From assembly GCA_028534125.1 (NCBI GenBank), contig CM052818.1:11844001-11908000 (forward strand): a stretch of 64,000 nt of DNA. The letters run 5' to 3'. Position numbers and translations under genes: made by a program. Under the pieces are notes generated by a model. That model searched no databases and was not told where the DNA came from. It saw nothing but the letters and a program-made list of their open reading frames with translations. Each line of letters opens with the position of its first letter. The stretch's first letter is position 1. This document shows positions 50,490 through 64,000 of the stretch, piece after piece. The DNA comes from Lama glama. Its lineage: Eukaryota.

Positions 50490-51175
50490 AAAAACCATAG
50501 AAATTCAGAGTTGAGGCCTTAGAAAAGATTTGGTCTAATGTCTCAATAGATGTTAATGAATCTTTCCATAGCATTCCTGAAAAATGCTTTATTCAAGCCA
50601 CTATTTGAACATTTCTAATGCCGCAGAATCTGTACCTCACAAGGGGCTTATTACATTTTTAAGTAGCTTTTATTGTTGAAAGGTTCATCATTAATGTTAA
50701 ACCTAATCTTGTAACTTTCACCCTTTGGTTGGTCTAAGATCTGTCACGTATGGCTGTACAACATTATCTAATTCATCTTCCATGACAGCATATTAATTAT
50801 TTAAAGACACTATCATAATCTCCCTTGTCTTCTCTTTGCCAAGCTTCCCACTTTATTCAAATGTTTCTCATAGACCTGGTTTCTGGACCTTTCACTGTAT
50901 GGGGTCAACTCCTTGGGACACCACCAGATTTTCAATATCCCAGTTAAGTTGTGCTTCCCAGAAAAGAAGCCTAAATCAAGTGATCAGTGTCAAATATACA
51001 GATGCCTTTTTCCTTCCTTAATCTGTACCCAGGGCTTCTGTTAATCCTTCTAAAACTGCTTGAGTTATTTTGCAAGTCACATCACGCCACAGTCTCCTAC
51101 TAATAAGCTTGTCATAAACTGAACTCTTCTTACATATTTTTTCTATATGAATCCTGTTAAGTCGATCTCCTTCGT
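50490..51175 (-). mobile_element. L3/CR1 LINE 3' region (ancient)
   Basis: tttgaacatttctaatg...gtagcttttattgttgaaaggttc...tgtaactttcaccc...tctaattcatcttccatgacagc...tatttaaagacactatcat...tcttctctttgccaagct. Confidence 0.75.
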
Positions 51176-54100
51176 TCTTACACTAGCAGTCCATCTTGTT
51201 AACCTTCACACAAGACCATAGTGATTTACGAATAAACAAAATGCTCTACACAAACTAGGTGCTTAACAAATGTCTGTACCTCTCTTTCACATCTCTTATC
51301 ACAGAAGTAATGTTCTATTTACTATGCAGTCATTTGAGGGCTGGACCCATGTGAAGTTTTGATCAGCACTGTATCCTCATCACTTAGCACAGTGACTGAC
51401 AGAGCAGTCACTCTCGAACACTATTTCTTTCCATAATTCTTTGACTGCATTGCCACGTGGCCTAAAACAAGTCAATTCAGATAAATAGTTTGGTTGCATC
51501 ATCAGTCAGTTCGGTCAAAACAGTTAACTGAGTGACCTCATGGTGACAGTATTTGGAACGACCTTTCCAATATAGGGTCAGTACCATTAAAAACCCAAAG
51601 TTAGTGCCGGCTTTCCAAAATATGCCTCATCTTACTGAAGAATCTAGTCTTTGTGTCAAAGACTAACAGTCCCGCAGCCTGAAAAGCATTAATTTACTGA
51701 GCACAGTGGCTGTCCATGTACTTAGTCTCTACAACACTGCCTTGTAATTAGTAGGTTCACAAGGCTGATGGCCTCAGCTACTGCGTGTCAGGTTCAAGGA
51801 GAGTTCATTTTCCTAGTTTTACTAACTCATGAAATTTTTGATTTGAGCATGTACAGTTTGTAAGGTATATAATCCATTTTTGTTTCCTTGAAAAAGTAAA
51901 GAAAAAATTCAAAGACATCTCAAGACAAAGAACGGTTTCAGAGTATAAGTAAATGGAATTTCTAAATAAATTGTAGATACTATTGGAAAAGACAAGCAAC
52001 CTAAGATTTCTAATTAAAATTAGGCTGTCACTTTTTTACAGTATATGGAGGCTAAAGATTCTCTTTTATATTACACACCAACTTGACCACATTATTTCAT
52101 AAATTACGCTTAAAATTCCCGAAGATGTTAGAATTTGGGAAGCTTTTTATCGTTTTGGGTTTTTTTGTTTTTGTTTTTTTGTGGGTGTTCTCATATTTAT
52201 GGAAGAATAGGCAGACAAACCTCCTGCTCTTTAATAACCTAACATCAGGTACTTCTTGGAAACAGGACACAATAGAGAGAGGGAGTGTTTATGAGTCAGA
52301 GAAACATGTGCTACTGTCAACTTGAATAAGAGCCATCAGATATTTCTGGTGATGAAAACCGTTCAGTGAGGTGAAACAGGCCACGTTCCATTCCTTTTAT
52401 TTTCAGAGATGAGATGGATTTGAAAACCATAACCTGGCTTCTTGATGCAAGGACTCGCCACATGAGATAATCTCCAGCACATTACTATTGGCAAGCAGAT
52501 CTTTCACCCTTTTGTCTCCATGCATTACAGAAAATGTTAAATCAGTTTGGTGTCCATATCAACTTTTGATCCTCGGAATAGCCTAGGGCACCATCATTAT
52601 CTTCCCGAGGACCATGTATAGGCCTTCAGTAGGTAGTACTAATTTAATTTCTTTGCTAGAGGAAAAAGTAGCTGATTTTCTAGATCAATATTTGATTGAA
52701 TATGTTTGAAATGTTGGCAGATAAAGGCCCCTTTTCTGGTCCAAAGACTTTTTGAACCACAGAGGTATAGCGTTCTAGCTCCCCTGGGATTTGAGTGGAA
52801 GGAGGTCTCAAAGATCTGTAAGAAGCCTTCCTGCCTTTCCTTGTGTTCTTCCAGCAAGACTCTCTAAAGGTTGAGATGAGAAAAAGATAAGATCAAGAAC
52901 TGGAATGTCTTTATACCCATTTTTTTTAATCTTTCCTGGGGCTTCTCTTAACTAAAAATAATCGTTTATAACACTAGTTTACAAAAACCTCCTATAATAG
53001 GATGGTTGAAAGGAAGCCTATCTGATCAGCTTTAAGGAGATAACCCAGTGACTTTGGCAAATAATTTGAGACCTCAGATTCTACCACTCATACCACTAAT
53101 TAAACAAGAATGCCTGTGTACCATCAAATATGAAACGAATAGAAATTAAAAGGCTGAGATAGACACAGATTAGAACTTGAGTTGTGTCTAGTTAGATTGA
53201 TAAATAAAAGATCTTTTCACAAACAGTACTGGTTTTGCAAAGACATATACAAAGGAAAAATGGAGATTGGAGAAAAAAAATTCCATCCATATAGTATCTG
53301 ATCATACAAACAAAAAAATTAGTTCAGAAGTATGTGTCAGTATAATCATTGTTTTTTCTTTTTAAAGCTTTATCAAAATTAACAGCTCTTCCCCAAATAA
53401 AACAGCTTCCACATAATGAAAAGTATTATTCAGAGTAAACAATGCTAGCAATACTGGTTTCTAAGTCTGCACAGGAAATTCAAAGAAATATTCTTAAGGA
53501 GAATTTTTTCCTTTGCTACAGAAATGCACATGCATTCCCTCAGCACAAGAAAGAAAGGATACTCACCAATTCCTTCAACTTTCTTTCCTATCATTGAACT
53601 TTTGTTTGACTGAAGGAGAAATTTGCTTTTCCCTAGGCACTGATTCGAATAAACAAGTTCATTTTAAAAAGGGGAGTAACCAACTACGAGCAAAGCCAAC
53701 TGCAATTCCTCAGGACTGCAGACTCCAAAGGATTTCTTTTCCACAGGTTAAGACAAATCAATTCTCCTATTCTGAGATGGGAGGATTACACTCAGTTTAG
53801 TTTCTTTTTTTGTTGTTTGTTTTTTAATAACAGTTCCCCACAGCTTCCTTCTATATTGGTAAAAATCACCTAATCCAAGTAATAAAATTTGCCGTATAAA
53901 TCAAACAGCTATTCAGGGCATCCAATCACATTTCTCCCTTGAAATCGGAACTAATTAGGCTATGAAAAGGGACTGAGTTTTTGATATGTTTTATTTTATC
54001 ACACCTTGCTGACTGCTAGGTGTAGAACAGTATACATAATAAATACTTACGTTGATCAGTTATGTAGATAAACTTAATAATCTTCAAGGTCTGCTTTTTA

Positions 54101-54799
54101 AGGAACAGCCATAATTTGAATGAAGTAAACCAAATTTCTAGCTACAGTTACATTATGAAATACACAATACTAATGTCATCAGAGATTGTAATAGAGTATT
54201 TCTTCACAGCACTACATCAATTGAACATAACACATAAGCAACTGCTATAGGGAGAAGGATCTTAAATACAAACTCAAATTGCCCCTGAATCTTTGATTTA
54301 GAATCCTTGCTTCAGGGTCTTCTTGCAACCCAAGCCTCCCTTGTCAACCAGGCAATGCTGATTGTTAGTTTTTGAGAGTGTCCTTTTTTTTATTTTGTGG
54401 TCTAACAAGAAAAAATAAAAAAGACAAAAGCAGTGAGAGTTATTGAATGTGAAAATTTAGAGTGATACCAGCAAGAAATACAAAGTATTTCATATAGCTT
54501 TCCTCAATATTATTGTTAATAAAATGCTCTACTTTTCCCCCAAACCTAGTGTTTTGTAAGGTTCAATTTACATTATCTCTTGTAATAGAAGGTCCTACCA
54601 TATGCTAACATTTAAGGTTTAAAATTCCCGGATATTTTCCCTAAGTAAAATCCTGGGCACTGAACTGGTGTATTTCATTGACACATGTCATGTCTAATTT
54701 GAAAATTCTGTCTGACTTTATAATGCAGAAATATTCTTTTCCCACCCACATTCCCCATCCTTTCAGACACTAGAATTGTGAGGGGCAGGAGAGGGGCTA

Positions 54800-55160
54800 T
54801 GTATTTACTTCTTCCTTACATCATTCATCTTTCGAGGGAAAGTTGAGCCTATTCCCAGCCTCCCAGCTCCAGGAAAATCTTATCAACTTGCTTAAAAACA
54901 TTTCTCCCATGAACTGTGAAGAAAGCCTGAACTCCACTGAGGCCGGGCCCCTTCACCCTACCACAAGGAGAAGGCTTGGGATGAGGCCCTTACTGTAATC
55001 CACAGAGAATGACCAGGGAGGCAAAAAGACACTGAGTCCTTGACAGCCTCTGGACCAAGTAGCCCTGAAGTCTGCCCTGCTCTTGATTTTTCTTGCTTGA
55101 GCAATCAGTCTCCTCTATCATTTAGGCTATCTCGAGCTGGGTTTTCTGTTATTTGTAGCA
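54800..55160 (+). mobile_element. Old MaLR LTR (MLT1K-like)
   Basis: actgagtccttgacagc...gccctgaagtctgccct...tttaggctatctcgagctgggttttctgttatttgtagc...tcctaactgatac. Confidence 0.7.
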
Positions 55161-57049
55161 TTACAGGTCCTAACTGATACTCTAACTTTCCATTTTTAGT
55201 ATATTTCCTTTCCCACTGTGTCCTTGCCACAAGGAACGTAGCTCATTTGTGGCAAATGATGTGGTTTCCTTGTGACAACATAGCCATGCTCCAAATTCTA
55301 TTGTTTGGGTATTTCAATTTCTAATTCATTTTCTCAATGGAGTTTTCATTATTTCTAACTTATATTCAATCTAGAAATCAAATTTTAAAGTTGGGTGGGC
55401 CTGACTACCTCCTGAGTGACTCCAACCTGGGGATATGAAAGTTTCATGAATAAAAACAGATAGAGAAACCCACTAACGGAAACAGAGGGTTTCATCCATA
55501 CCGTGCACACACTGGTGAAACCCAACAGATCTTTTTCACTTAAGCAAAAAGCATGAGCAAAATAACATTATTTGAACATTATCATGAAACCGTGCTTTTA
55601 ATATAATCTCATTAAGGTGAATTTAAAACTCTACATTACCTGACATTAAACAAAATGTCATAATAACAAATAACCATGATTAAATACTTCCATTGAACTG
55701 TACCAGACAGATAATATTTATATTGATATGAATCAAGGAAATAGTTTTCCAAAAAACCTGGGTGGCTATTACATATATTTTTTAGTTTCTCAGTTTACAA
55801 ATCATTTTTGTTTGTTTTTGCTGATAAATTTGCAAGAGACTTTAAGACAGCTGAATTTTACAAATGAAATTAATGTATGTCTGGAGGCACTGTGATGCAC
55901 TTGGTATACTTACCATTTGTTTAATTATGTGATTAGCATGTTCTTACTTACTCGTACTGTAAGAAATAGGGTATGGTTAACTACATGACTTTTAATTACA
56001 ATAAAATAATGTAACTAAAATCTAAAATCTATTTTTCTTTTATCTCATACTTTTACCTATATAACACTCTCTTTGGTGACAAGGATTGGATGCTCTGAAA
56101 ATAGAACAAAGATGAACCACAGTGGGTAGTATGAATTCACTCCTAACATTTGTGGCAAAGAAGTGAATACAGCACATCCTGGAAAACTGGAGCAAACTCT
56201 GTGATATATAGAAAGTATTCTGTATTTACACGCATGGAGTATTCTGAAGAACTTCAAATCAAAGAAATTCAAAGTTTGAAATCAGTCATCCTTTTCCTTG
56301 ACATTCATGCTCTGGAATGATTACATTAGTCTTTACCTGGCTGAATAATCCTCAGCAAATATAAATAAACATTCTGGGTATATGGCAAAGCCTATGACTA
56401 AGGGATGGTGATTCCCCACTTACTGAAGCAAGCAATTCCCAGGAGCACAGGGAATATAGATATGGTTCAATGAGAGCAGAAGAGAAAAACATGAGAACCA
56501 CGTAGCCAGACTTGGCTCTTAGATTGTGCCAGGTGGTTTAAGCCCTGTGCACTAGGTCTCCTTCATTACTTCAGAAAGCTCTGCAACCAGAGTCTGATCA
56601 CGTAGACAAAGCATGGTTGCCAGGAAAGCAGGAAGCTGCCATTTTTCTGGAGTTAGATGAAGCAGTTGGTCATCTGAGAGATATCCACTCTCATCCTTGG
56701 AATGAGGCTTCTGGATATAAGCCAGGCAGGGTGGCTCCATCTGCATCACTGGAGGGGATTCAGGGCAGGCTTTCCAACCAATAGTATCACGGGAACTGAG
56801 GTTGGGTGATACAAGGGAAAACAGAGATGGTCTCTATTGTCCCAGGAAAGGTACAGGAAATGTGTAACATTTTACACCAGGAAATTAGCACTGCTACTCA
56901 CAGCATCATCCTGAAAGATTTCTCCAAAAGCTACAGACTAGGGACTATTTTAGAAGATGTCTTGATATAACTTTGTAAGTAGAATCCATGATGCAGACTC
57001 ATGGAAGCAGGAGATATGAATTATGTAGTTCTTAGTAGTTATCTTTACC

Positions 57050-57215
57050 CACATAGTACAGACTGAACATGGTATATTGAGTAGAACACAAGTTTTTTAG
57101 TCTGAGCTGTTGCCAATAACTGCATTGCTGGGGAAGTCAGAACCAGTGTAAGCCTCCATTTCCTCACTTATAAAATGAAAATGAGGCAATCAACCGGGAT
57201 GATCTCTAAGATTTC
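57050..57215 (+). mobile_element. MIR/MIR3 SINE
   Basis: tgggaagtca...taagcctccatttcctcacttataaaatgaaaatg...gatgatctctaagattt. Confidence 0.7.
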
Positions 57216-59796
57216 TCGAATACATTTCGTGGTTTACACATGTCTGATAGATTTCCTGAGACAATAGGTGTCATCTCTACTTTTTTTTCTCTTGTCCCAC
57301 CTAACTTCAGTAGCCATGTTACTATTCATTATTATATAGAAGCTGATTTTCCTAAATCACTTGTCTTTTAAAGATTAGCAGCCTTCCCCTATTTCCACAT
57401 CATCCTTCAGGAAGTTCCTTATATCAAACAGAGACTCTAAAAGAGGAGAAACTAAGCACCTAGCAGCTGTGATGGATATGCAGCAGTCTCCAAAAGGATA
57501 AAAGTAAGCCTGGCAAAAATCTTTGTTTCACTCCCTGCCTCCAACACATTTGTGAAGGAGCGTTAATGAAAAATGAGAGTGATGTCCCCATCACACGTTT
57601 TGGGATTACCGTGCAGCAACATCAATTGGAAACCTAATGAAACAGAGACCACCTATGGAGGAGGGATATTGTGTTCCTCTGTCTGCCTGCATCCAATTTA
57701 CCAACCGGCTGTAGAGAGCAAGCTGCCTGTTTGTTTGAGGCCCCGGTGCTGCCTGACCATACATTTAATGTCTGTAATGGGCAGCGCCAGTTGCCACTGT
57801 CTTTCACTGGTAGAAGTAGGTCATAGTACTTTCCAATTATGGGGTGATGGTAACTGGTAATAGGCACATTTCCACTGAGGGTGAGCTCAGAATTCCAGCA
57901 CTGTGTCCTCTCACCATGGTGACCTGTTGGAATCAGCCTGGGTACCAGGTGAATTGACGGGTCCTTCCTCTATTTAACTCTTTCCATTGACCAAGTGAAC
58001 ATGCTATGTATGCATCAAATAGACCTTCTCCCAAGCAGGGGAATAACAGTAAGAAACCTAATAGGTGAGCTCCCACAAAGCGTATCAGGGAGTCCATAAA
58101 GAGGGAAAGCTGGTGATGTTCCAAATGGAAGTGTTCTGTTCTTTGTTTTTGCACCTGTTCAAACTGGCACCTGGTATTACACTTGTAACTAGTCAAACAT
58201 TACTACTTTCTGTCAAGCTGGCTGGGAGAAACAAAAGAAAGAGAACATAGTGTAAAACATTAGCTCATCCTTGTGTGTTATTTCAAAATGTAGCTACTGT
58301 GTTTTCCTAGTCAGGCTCCCTACCTGTGCTTATCATCGACTGCAGTTTATTCTCTCTCTCTCTTTTTTTTTTTTTAAATTTGACTTCTAGAAGCCATCTG
58401 GTATTCAGTCTAATTCCCATATTACAGTTCTCCATAAGTCAGTCTGCTGACTGCCTGTCAGGTAATAGGATTAAGTTTAAGGTTTTCTTAATTCACTGTG
58501 AGGTTCTTCATAGATATAATCTATTATATCTTCCTGAGCTTGTCCAGTTGTAGATTTCTGTGTGTGATTTATGTTTAGCAGGTGTTACTTTGCTACAGCT
58601 TTCTAAATATCAGCTTCACAATGCAGGGGAGGCTTTGGAAGACCCAAGGACTCAAAACTGTATTGCTCCACAACTGGAGAGTGGCCTCCCTGCTGAAGTT
58701 CAGTGTTGCAGAGCAATTTATTAAGCTAAAAAGATGGAGATCTGAATATATGGAAATTAAAGAGACTCAAATTCCAACATCCACTCACCAGTTGCGCCTG
58801 TGTACTGTGTGACTCTCAGGATACAGTATATCATTTAACGGGTAGGACAACCAGGTGAATTTAAACGTACAGATTTACTCTTGGCTGTAAATGACCGTGA
58901 ATTTGAGTGGTATTTTGATTTGTCCTATTTTTCGCTTGAATTCCTTTGTGTGATTTTTGTTTTCCTGGTGTGAAGTTTAAGTGCCTAATGAAAGCCTAGG
59001 CATTGTTAGGGAGAAGGCGGGGGGGAAAAGGGCTTCCTTTAAAGAGTATTTAAAAATGCATTATTGTACATTTGAAAGATGTATATAGCATTGAAGGAAA
59101 CACGAAATAAGGAAAAAAGCTAATTGAATAATGAATGTCCACTTAAGTATTGGAATGCTATTACAAAATTTTTATTTCTTATGTTACATGCACGTGAATA
59201 AAATTCCTAAATTGGGTTATGGCGATTTCCACTCTTCTCATTACAATGGGCCATTTGTCTTACCTTTGTGCGAGTGATACAACCCAATGTTTATTAAACC
59301 CATAAAATCTTCAGCCTCATATTGTTCTTTTAGGTGAGAGATATATGTATTTTTCTTGTTGTTGTGATTGTTGTTATTTTAAGCCACTTTCTGTTTTATA
59401 GTTACTCTTCACCTCAGCTACAGGAAGAAAATTGTTACACACATATTATAGATGCTTAATCCAAGATACAGGGAGATTAAGATATTGTGCCTGTGGTCAC
59501 ACTGAAAATTAATTAAAATTAAAATGTACAGCTCTGAGTTCCCAGGGCACTGCTCAGCCCCTGGAGCAATGCCACTTTGCACTATAAATTGTCCTTATAA
59601 TTTAAAAAATTTATAATGTGCTCATCAATTTGCATATGTGAGTATGAATTACAAACATTAAAATTGGCTACAATTCCTCATCACCCAACTACTAACAAGA
59701 AGCACCTGAAAGGTCAAAGTCATGAGAGACCAAAGTAAATGATATGTGTGCACCTTTTGCTAAACACCTTACATATCATGCAACATGTACTCCTTA

Positions 59797-61784
59797 TTTT
59801 TTTTTTAATTGAAGTATAGTCAGTTACAATGTGTCACTTTCTGGTATACAGCATAATGTCCAAGTCATGCATATATATACACATATTTTTTTCATATTCT
59901 TTTTCATTAAAGATTATTACAAGATATTGAATATAGTTCCCTGTGTTATATGGAAGAAATTTGTTTTTTATCTATTTCATATATAGTGATTAACATTTGA
60001 AAATCTCAAAGTCTCAAATTTATCCCTTCCCACCCACTGTCCCCTGGTAACCATAAATTTACTATGTCTACGAATCTGTTTCTGTTTTGTAGATGAGTTC
60101 ATTAGTGTCCTCTTTTTTCTTTTTATTTTTAAGATTCCACATGAGCGATACCATATGGTATTTTTCTTTCTCTTTCTGGTTTACTTCACTTAGAATGGCC
60201 ATCTCCAGGTCCATCCATGTTGCTGCAAATGGCATTATTGTATTCTTTTTTATGGCTGAGTATTATTCCAGTGTATAAATATACCACAACTTCTTTATCC
60301 AGTCATCTGTCGATGGACATTTAGGTTGCTTCCATGTCTTGGCTATTGTATACAGTGCTTATAAACATTGGGGTGCACATATCTGTTCAAATTAGAGTTC
60401 CCTCTAGATATATGCCCAGGAGTGGGATTGCTGGATCATATGGTAAGCCTATTTTTAGTTTTTTGAGGAATCTCCATACTGTTTTCCATAATGGCTGCAC
60501 CAAACTTTATTCCCACCAACAGTGTAGGAAAGTTCCCTTTTCTCCACTGCCTCTCCAGCATTTATCATTTGTGGACCTTTGAATGATGGCTTTTCTGACT
60601 GGTGTGAGGTGATAACCTCATTGTAATTTTGATTTGCATTTCTCTGGTAATTAGCAATATTGAGCATTTTTTCATTTGCCTTTTGGCCATTTGTACGTCT
60701 TTACTGGAGAATTGCTTATCTTAGATCTTCTGCCCATTTTCAAATTGTGTTGTTTGTTTGTTCATTTGTTTTTGTTATTAAGTTTTATGAGCTGTTTATA
60801 TATTAGGGAAATTAAATCTTTGTCAGTTGCATCATTTGCAAATATTTTCTCCCATGTCGTAGGTTGTTGTTTTGTTTTACTTACAGTTTCCTTTGCTATG
60901 CAAAAGCTTGTAAGTTTAATTAGGTCCCATTTTTTTTATTTTTGCTTTTATTTCTATTGCCTAGGTAGACTGCCCTAGGAGAACGTTGCTAAGATTTATG
61001 TCAGAGAATGTTTTGACTATGTTTTCTTCTAGGAAGTTTAGAGGGTCTTGTCTTATGTTTAAATATTTAGCCATTTTGAGTTTATTTTTGTGTATGTTGT
61101 GAGAAACTGTTCTAACTTCATTGATTTACATGTTGCTGTCCAGTTTTCCCAACACCACTTGCTGAAGAGACTGTCTTCTTCATTGTATGTTCTTGCCTCC
61201 TTTATTAAAGATTAATTGCTCATAGGTCTGTGGGTTTATTTCTGGGCTGTCTATTCTGTTCCCTTGATCCATAGGTCTGTTTTTATGCCAATACCACACT
61301 GTTTTGATTACTGTAGCTCTGTAGTATTGTCTGAAGTGTGAGAGGGTTATTCCTCCAGCTTTGTTCTTTTTCTTCAGTATTGCTTTGGCAAGTTCTGGGC
61401 AAGTTATGTGATTCCACATAAATTTTAGGATTATTTGTTCTAGTTCTGTGAAAAATGTCCTGGGTAATTTGATAGGGATCACATTAAACCTATAAATTGT
61501 CTTGGGCACAATGACCATTTTAACGGTATTGATTCTTCCAATCCAAGAGCATGGGATATTTTCCCATTTGTTCCAAGTCATCTTTAATTTCCTTAATCAG
61601 GAAATTTTTGTAATTCTCCGTGTTAAGTCTATCATCTCCTTGGTCAGATTTATTCCTAGGTATTTTATTGTTTTGGATGTGATTTTAAAAGGGATTGTTT
61701 CTTTACTTTCTTTACATCTATGTTCATCGATGATATTGGGCTATAATTTTTTTTTTAGTAGTGTCTTCATCTGATTTTGGTATT
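59797..61784 (-). mobile_element. Lineage-specific (camelid-like) 5'-truncated L1 with TSD
   Basis: PolyT then aattgaagtatagtcagttacaatg...caaatttatcccttcccaccc. ORF2 peptide [17 protein letters not shown]...[17 protein letters not shown] (61180-61581). Direct repeat tccttatttt(t)n at 59791 and 61785. Confidence 0.95.
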
Positions 61785-63040
61785 TCCTTATTTTTTTTTT
61801 TTGACACTAGGAAATAGTTCAAACCTTGGCTTATTCATAGTAGTTGAACATGAATTATTAGATGAAATTAAAATTATTCTAATATGATTAAGATTAATGA
61901 TATCATCTTTAAATACAAAGTATTAGGGGAAATACTTCTGAACATACAAGTCACTAATAAGATATAATGTAATCTGTCTACTGAAAATCAGTACAGTTTT
62001 TTAAAAAGCCAGTAATATATAAAAAGAGTCATATAGCAGTATAACATGTATTAAGCACTGACATAATACATTCTGGTTTGGGAATTTCTTGATTTCTATG
62101 GGCATTTCCTCTATAATAAAAAAATGTCCACAATTTTCTACTTTCAGCTGCTGTTCTCATTCTTTGCCCTGTTACGACTTTGTTGTTTGGCATCTCACAG
62201 TCAGTTATCAATGGAACAATTAACCATATAGCATTGATAAGGATAGAAAGTTCAGAAAATTGTCAAAAGAACAGGAAATTCAAGATCTTTTTTTGAAAAG
62301 GCTGGTAGTCTCACTGGAAACTGTAATTAAAGTGTAAGTGATTTTGCTTGTGTGTTTGTTACACAGTTCTACTAGTCTAGAGTTAAAGAAACATGGGACC
62401 CTACAGTGGATTGCAATGAAAATAGAACTTTAATTCTCTAGCCGGTGATAATAAAGCATAACTCCTTAGGGAGGGATTTTTCCCCGTAGTATTTGCACCA
62501 CCTTCCTTTCAAATGCTACTAAGTGTGAAATTAGTGTTGTCCCTCAAAGTGCATAAGATTAATTGTTAGTAATTGAACACAGTTTGGGGGCTAATTATAT
62601 AAAAATTGATATTAAAAGAATAGTAGCAGATTGATTGAGTTTTACAGTTTGCATTTAGTTTTCAAATTACATGAGTTGAAAGGCAATGGCAAGAAACAAT
62701 AAAAATCCATTCAAAGCTGCTAAAGCAAATTAAGGTTTACTAGTCCTTTGAAAGACAAATGAGTCAAATGCTATAATGTAGGGAAAGCAGTAGAAATGAT
62801 TCTGAAATTAACTGTAGAATTAAAATATCAACTGTTCTAAGAATGTATGGGGCTTCACTACGTTTGTGGAGGTGACCTGGCTTTCCCAGTGTGTCTGACT
62901 AGTTCAAGTACAGCAAACCAGAATACTAAGGCATTCTTTTGAAAATATAAATTACAATGATTTGGCTGAAGAATGGGAAAAGTGCATGTAATTCATTGCT
63001 TCCCCATTAGTCCCTATTTATCTTTAAATTTTCAGCTAAA

Positions 63041-63500
63041 GACTTCTGCTTCCTGAAATATGGACTCAATGGCCTTTTCCCTATTTCTCCCACTAAGTAC
63101 AACTAAAAGCTCTGGACATTACATATAAAACAAACATAAGAAGGCTCTGAAAGGTGGAAAAGAAAGCAGCCTAGGTAGGGAGCTAGGAACCAAAGGAACA
63201 ACCCAGTGGTGAGTTCTGTGGGTTTTCTTGATGCCTCATACATTCCAGACTGGATGCAAGAGAAATGTCAGAAAACACCAGTGGGTGCAGAGCTAAAGCC
63301 CCAGCAAAAGCCTGTTCTGTCTTGCAGGAACAGAAGGAGATAGCTTAGCAGGACAGAAATTTTTAGACATTGACTGGTTTGTAATAGCAAACACCACAGA
63401 AAAAAAACCCCTCATCCTATCCAGCAAAGGCCAAGTGGAGAGCCTAAACTTTCGCCCTTGCCTTGTTGTCCAGTGCACCCCAAGCTATTCTCCTGAGATC
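63041..63500 (+). mobile_element. Isolated old L1 5' UTR fragment (L1M4-like)
   Basis: gacttctgcttcc...ttttccctatttctcccactaagtacaactaaaagctctggacattacatataaaacaaacataagaaggctctgaaaggtgga resembles recalled L1M 5' ends; no ORF1 follows. Confidence 0.6.
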
Positions 63501-64000
63501 AGTAGGACAAGATACATACTTCTGAAGCTACTCAACCTTCCTATCCTCATATTTTCTCTCACCACATGTACCCAGCTCTCGTACAAGGCTGTTTATTCTT
63601 TTGTACCCACCAGTCACCCACTCCGACCCGCTACTTTATCCCTGCCTTCCTCTTTGGCTGTCCGGCACTGAGCTCCTTTTGTTCTAATAGCCTGGGCGTC
63701 TACCAGGGCCGTTGGCAGTGTCATTCTTTCCTCATCAGAAGATCTTCTTCCTGGTCTTCAGCTGCTGATTGTATTCTTTCTGAGCTCCCTGTGGACTGGC
63801 CGCACAGATGGGTTTGGACCTACCTGAGGCCAGCCATCGCTTGGGGACTGATATTAAGTGCCAAATAACAGAGCCAGGATGACAAAATACCTAAGGGAAA
63901 AAACCGTTGCCAAACCAAAGAGACATTAACGGAAACAAAATTATTTGAAGGTATTTTAACGTAGTGCTATCAGTCTAAGACAAGGCAACTTGGCTAAAAT

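Noticed and set aside
61180..61581. L1 ORF2 peptide as a functional CDS, and the same W..I..SWIGRIN motif recurring at ~24780 and ~44400
   Set aside because: These are independent truncated, frameshifted L1 copies; the recurrence reflects shared L1 ancestry, not a gene family.

Overview
This is AT-rich, CpG-poor mammalian (eutherian) non-coding DNA, either a gene desert or a large intron. I found no credible protein-coding exon, RNA gene, CpG island or CRISPR array. The only ORFs with recognisable protein similarity are decayed LINE-1 ORF2 fragments. The youngest L1 3' tails are artiodactyl-type, and I saw no Alu, B1, BovB/Bov-tA or PRE-1 SINEs, so a camelid-like genome is most likely (inference). 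The window is a layered transposon record: L1 of several ages, L2, L3/CR1, MIR, MaLR/ERVL LTRs, a truncated MER34/MER4-group ERV1 provirus, and hAT and Tigger DNA elements. The most notable items are a ~567-bp, ~95%-identical duplication of apparently unique sequence 10,465 bp apart, several cleanly nested insertions with visible TSDs, a scrambled tail-less L1 insertion, a young L1 with an internal RT deletion, a Z-DNA/E-box tandem array, and repeat-free motif-dense blocks that may be conserved enhancers. I see no evidence for a new multi-gene system. Repeat family names come from recalled consensus sequences, not a database search, and boundaries of old repeats are approximate.
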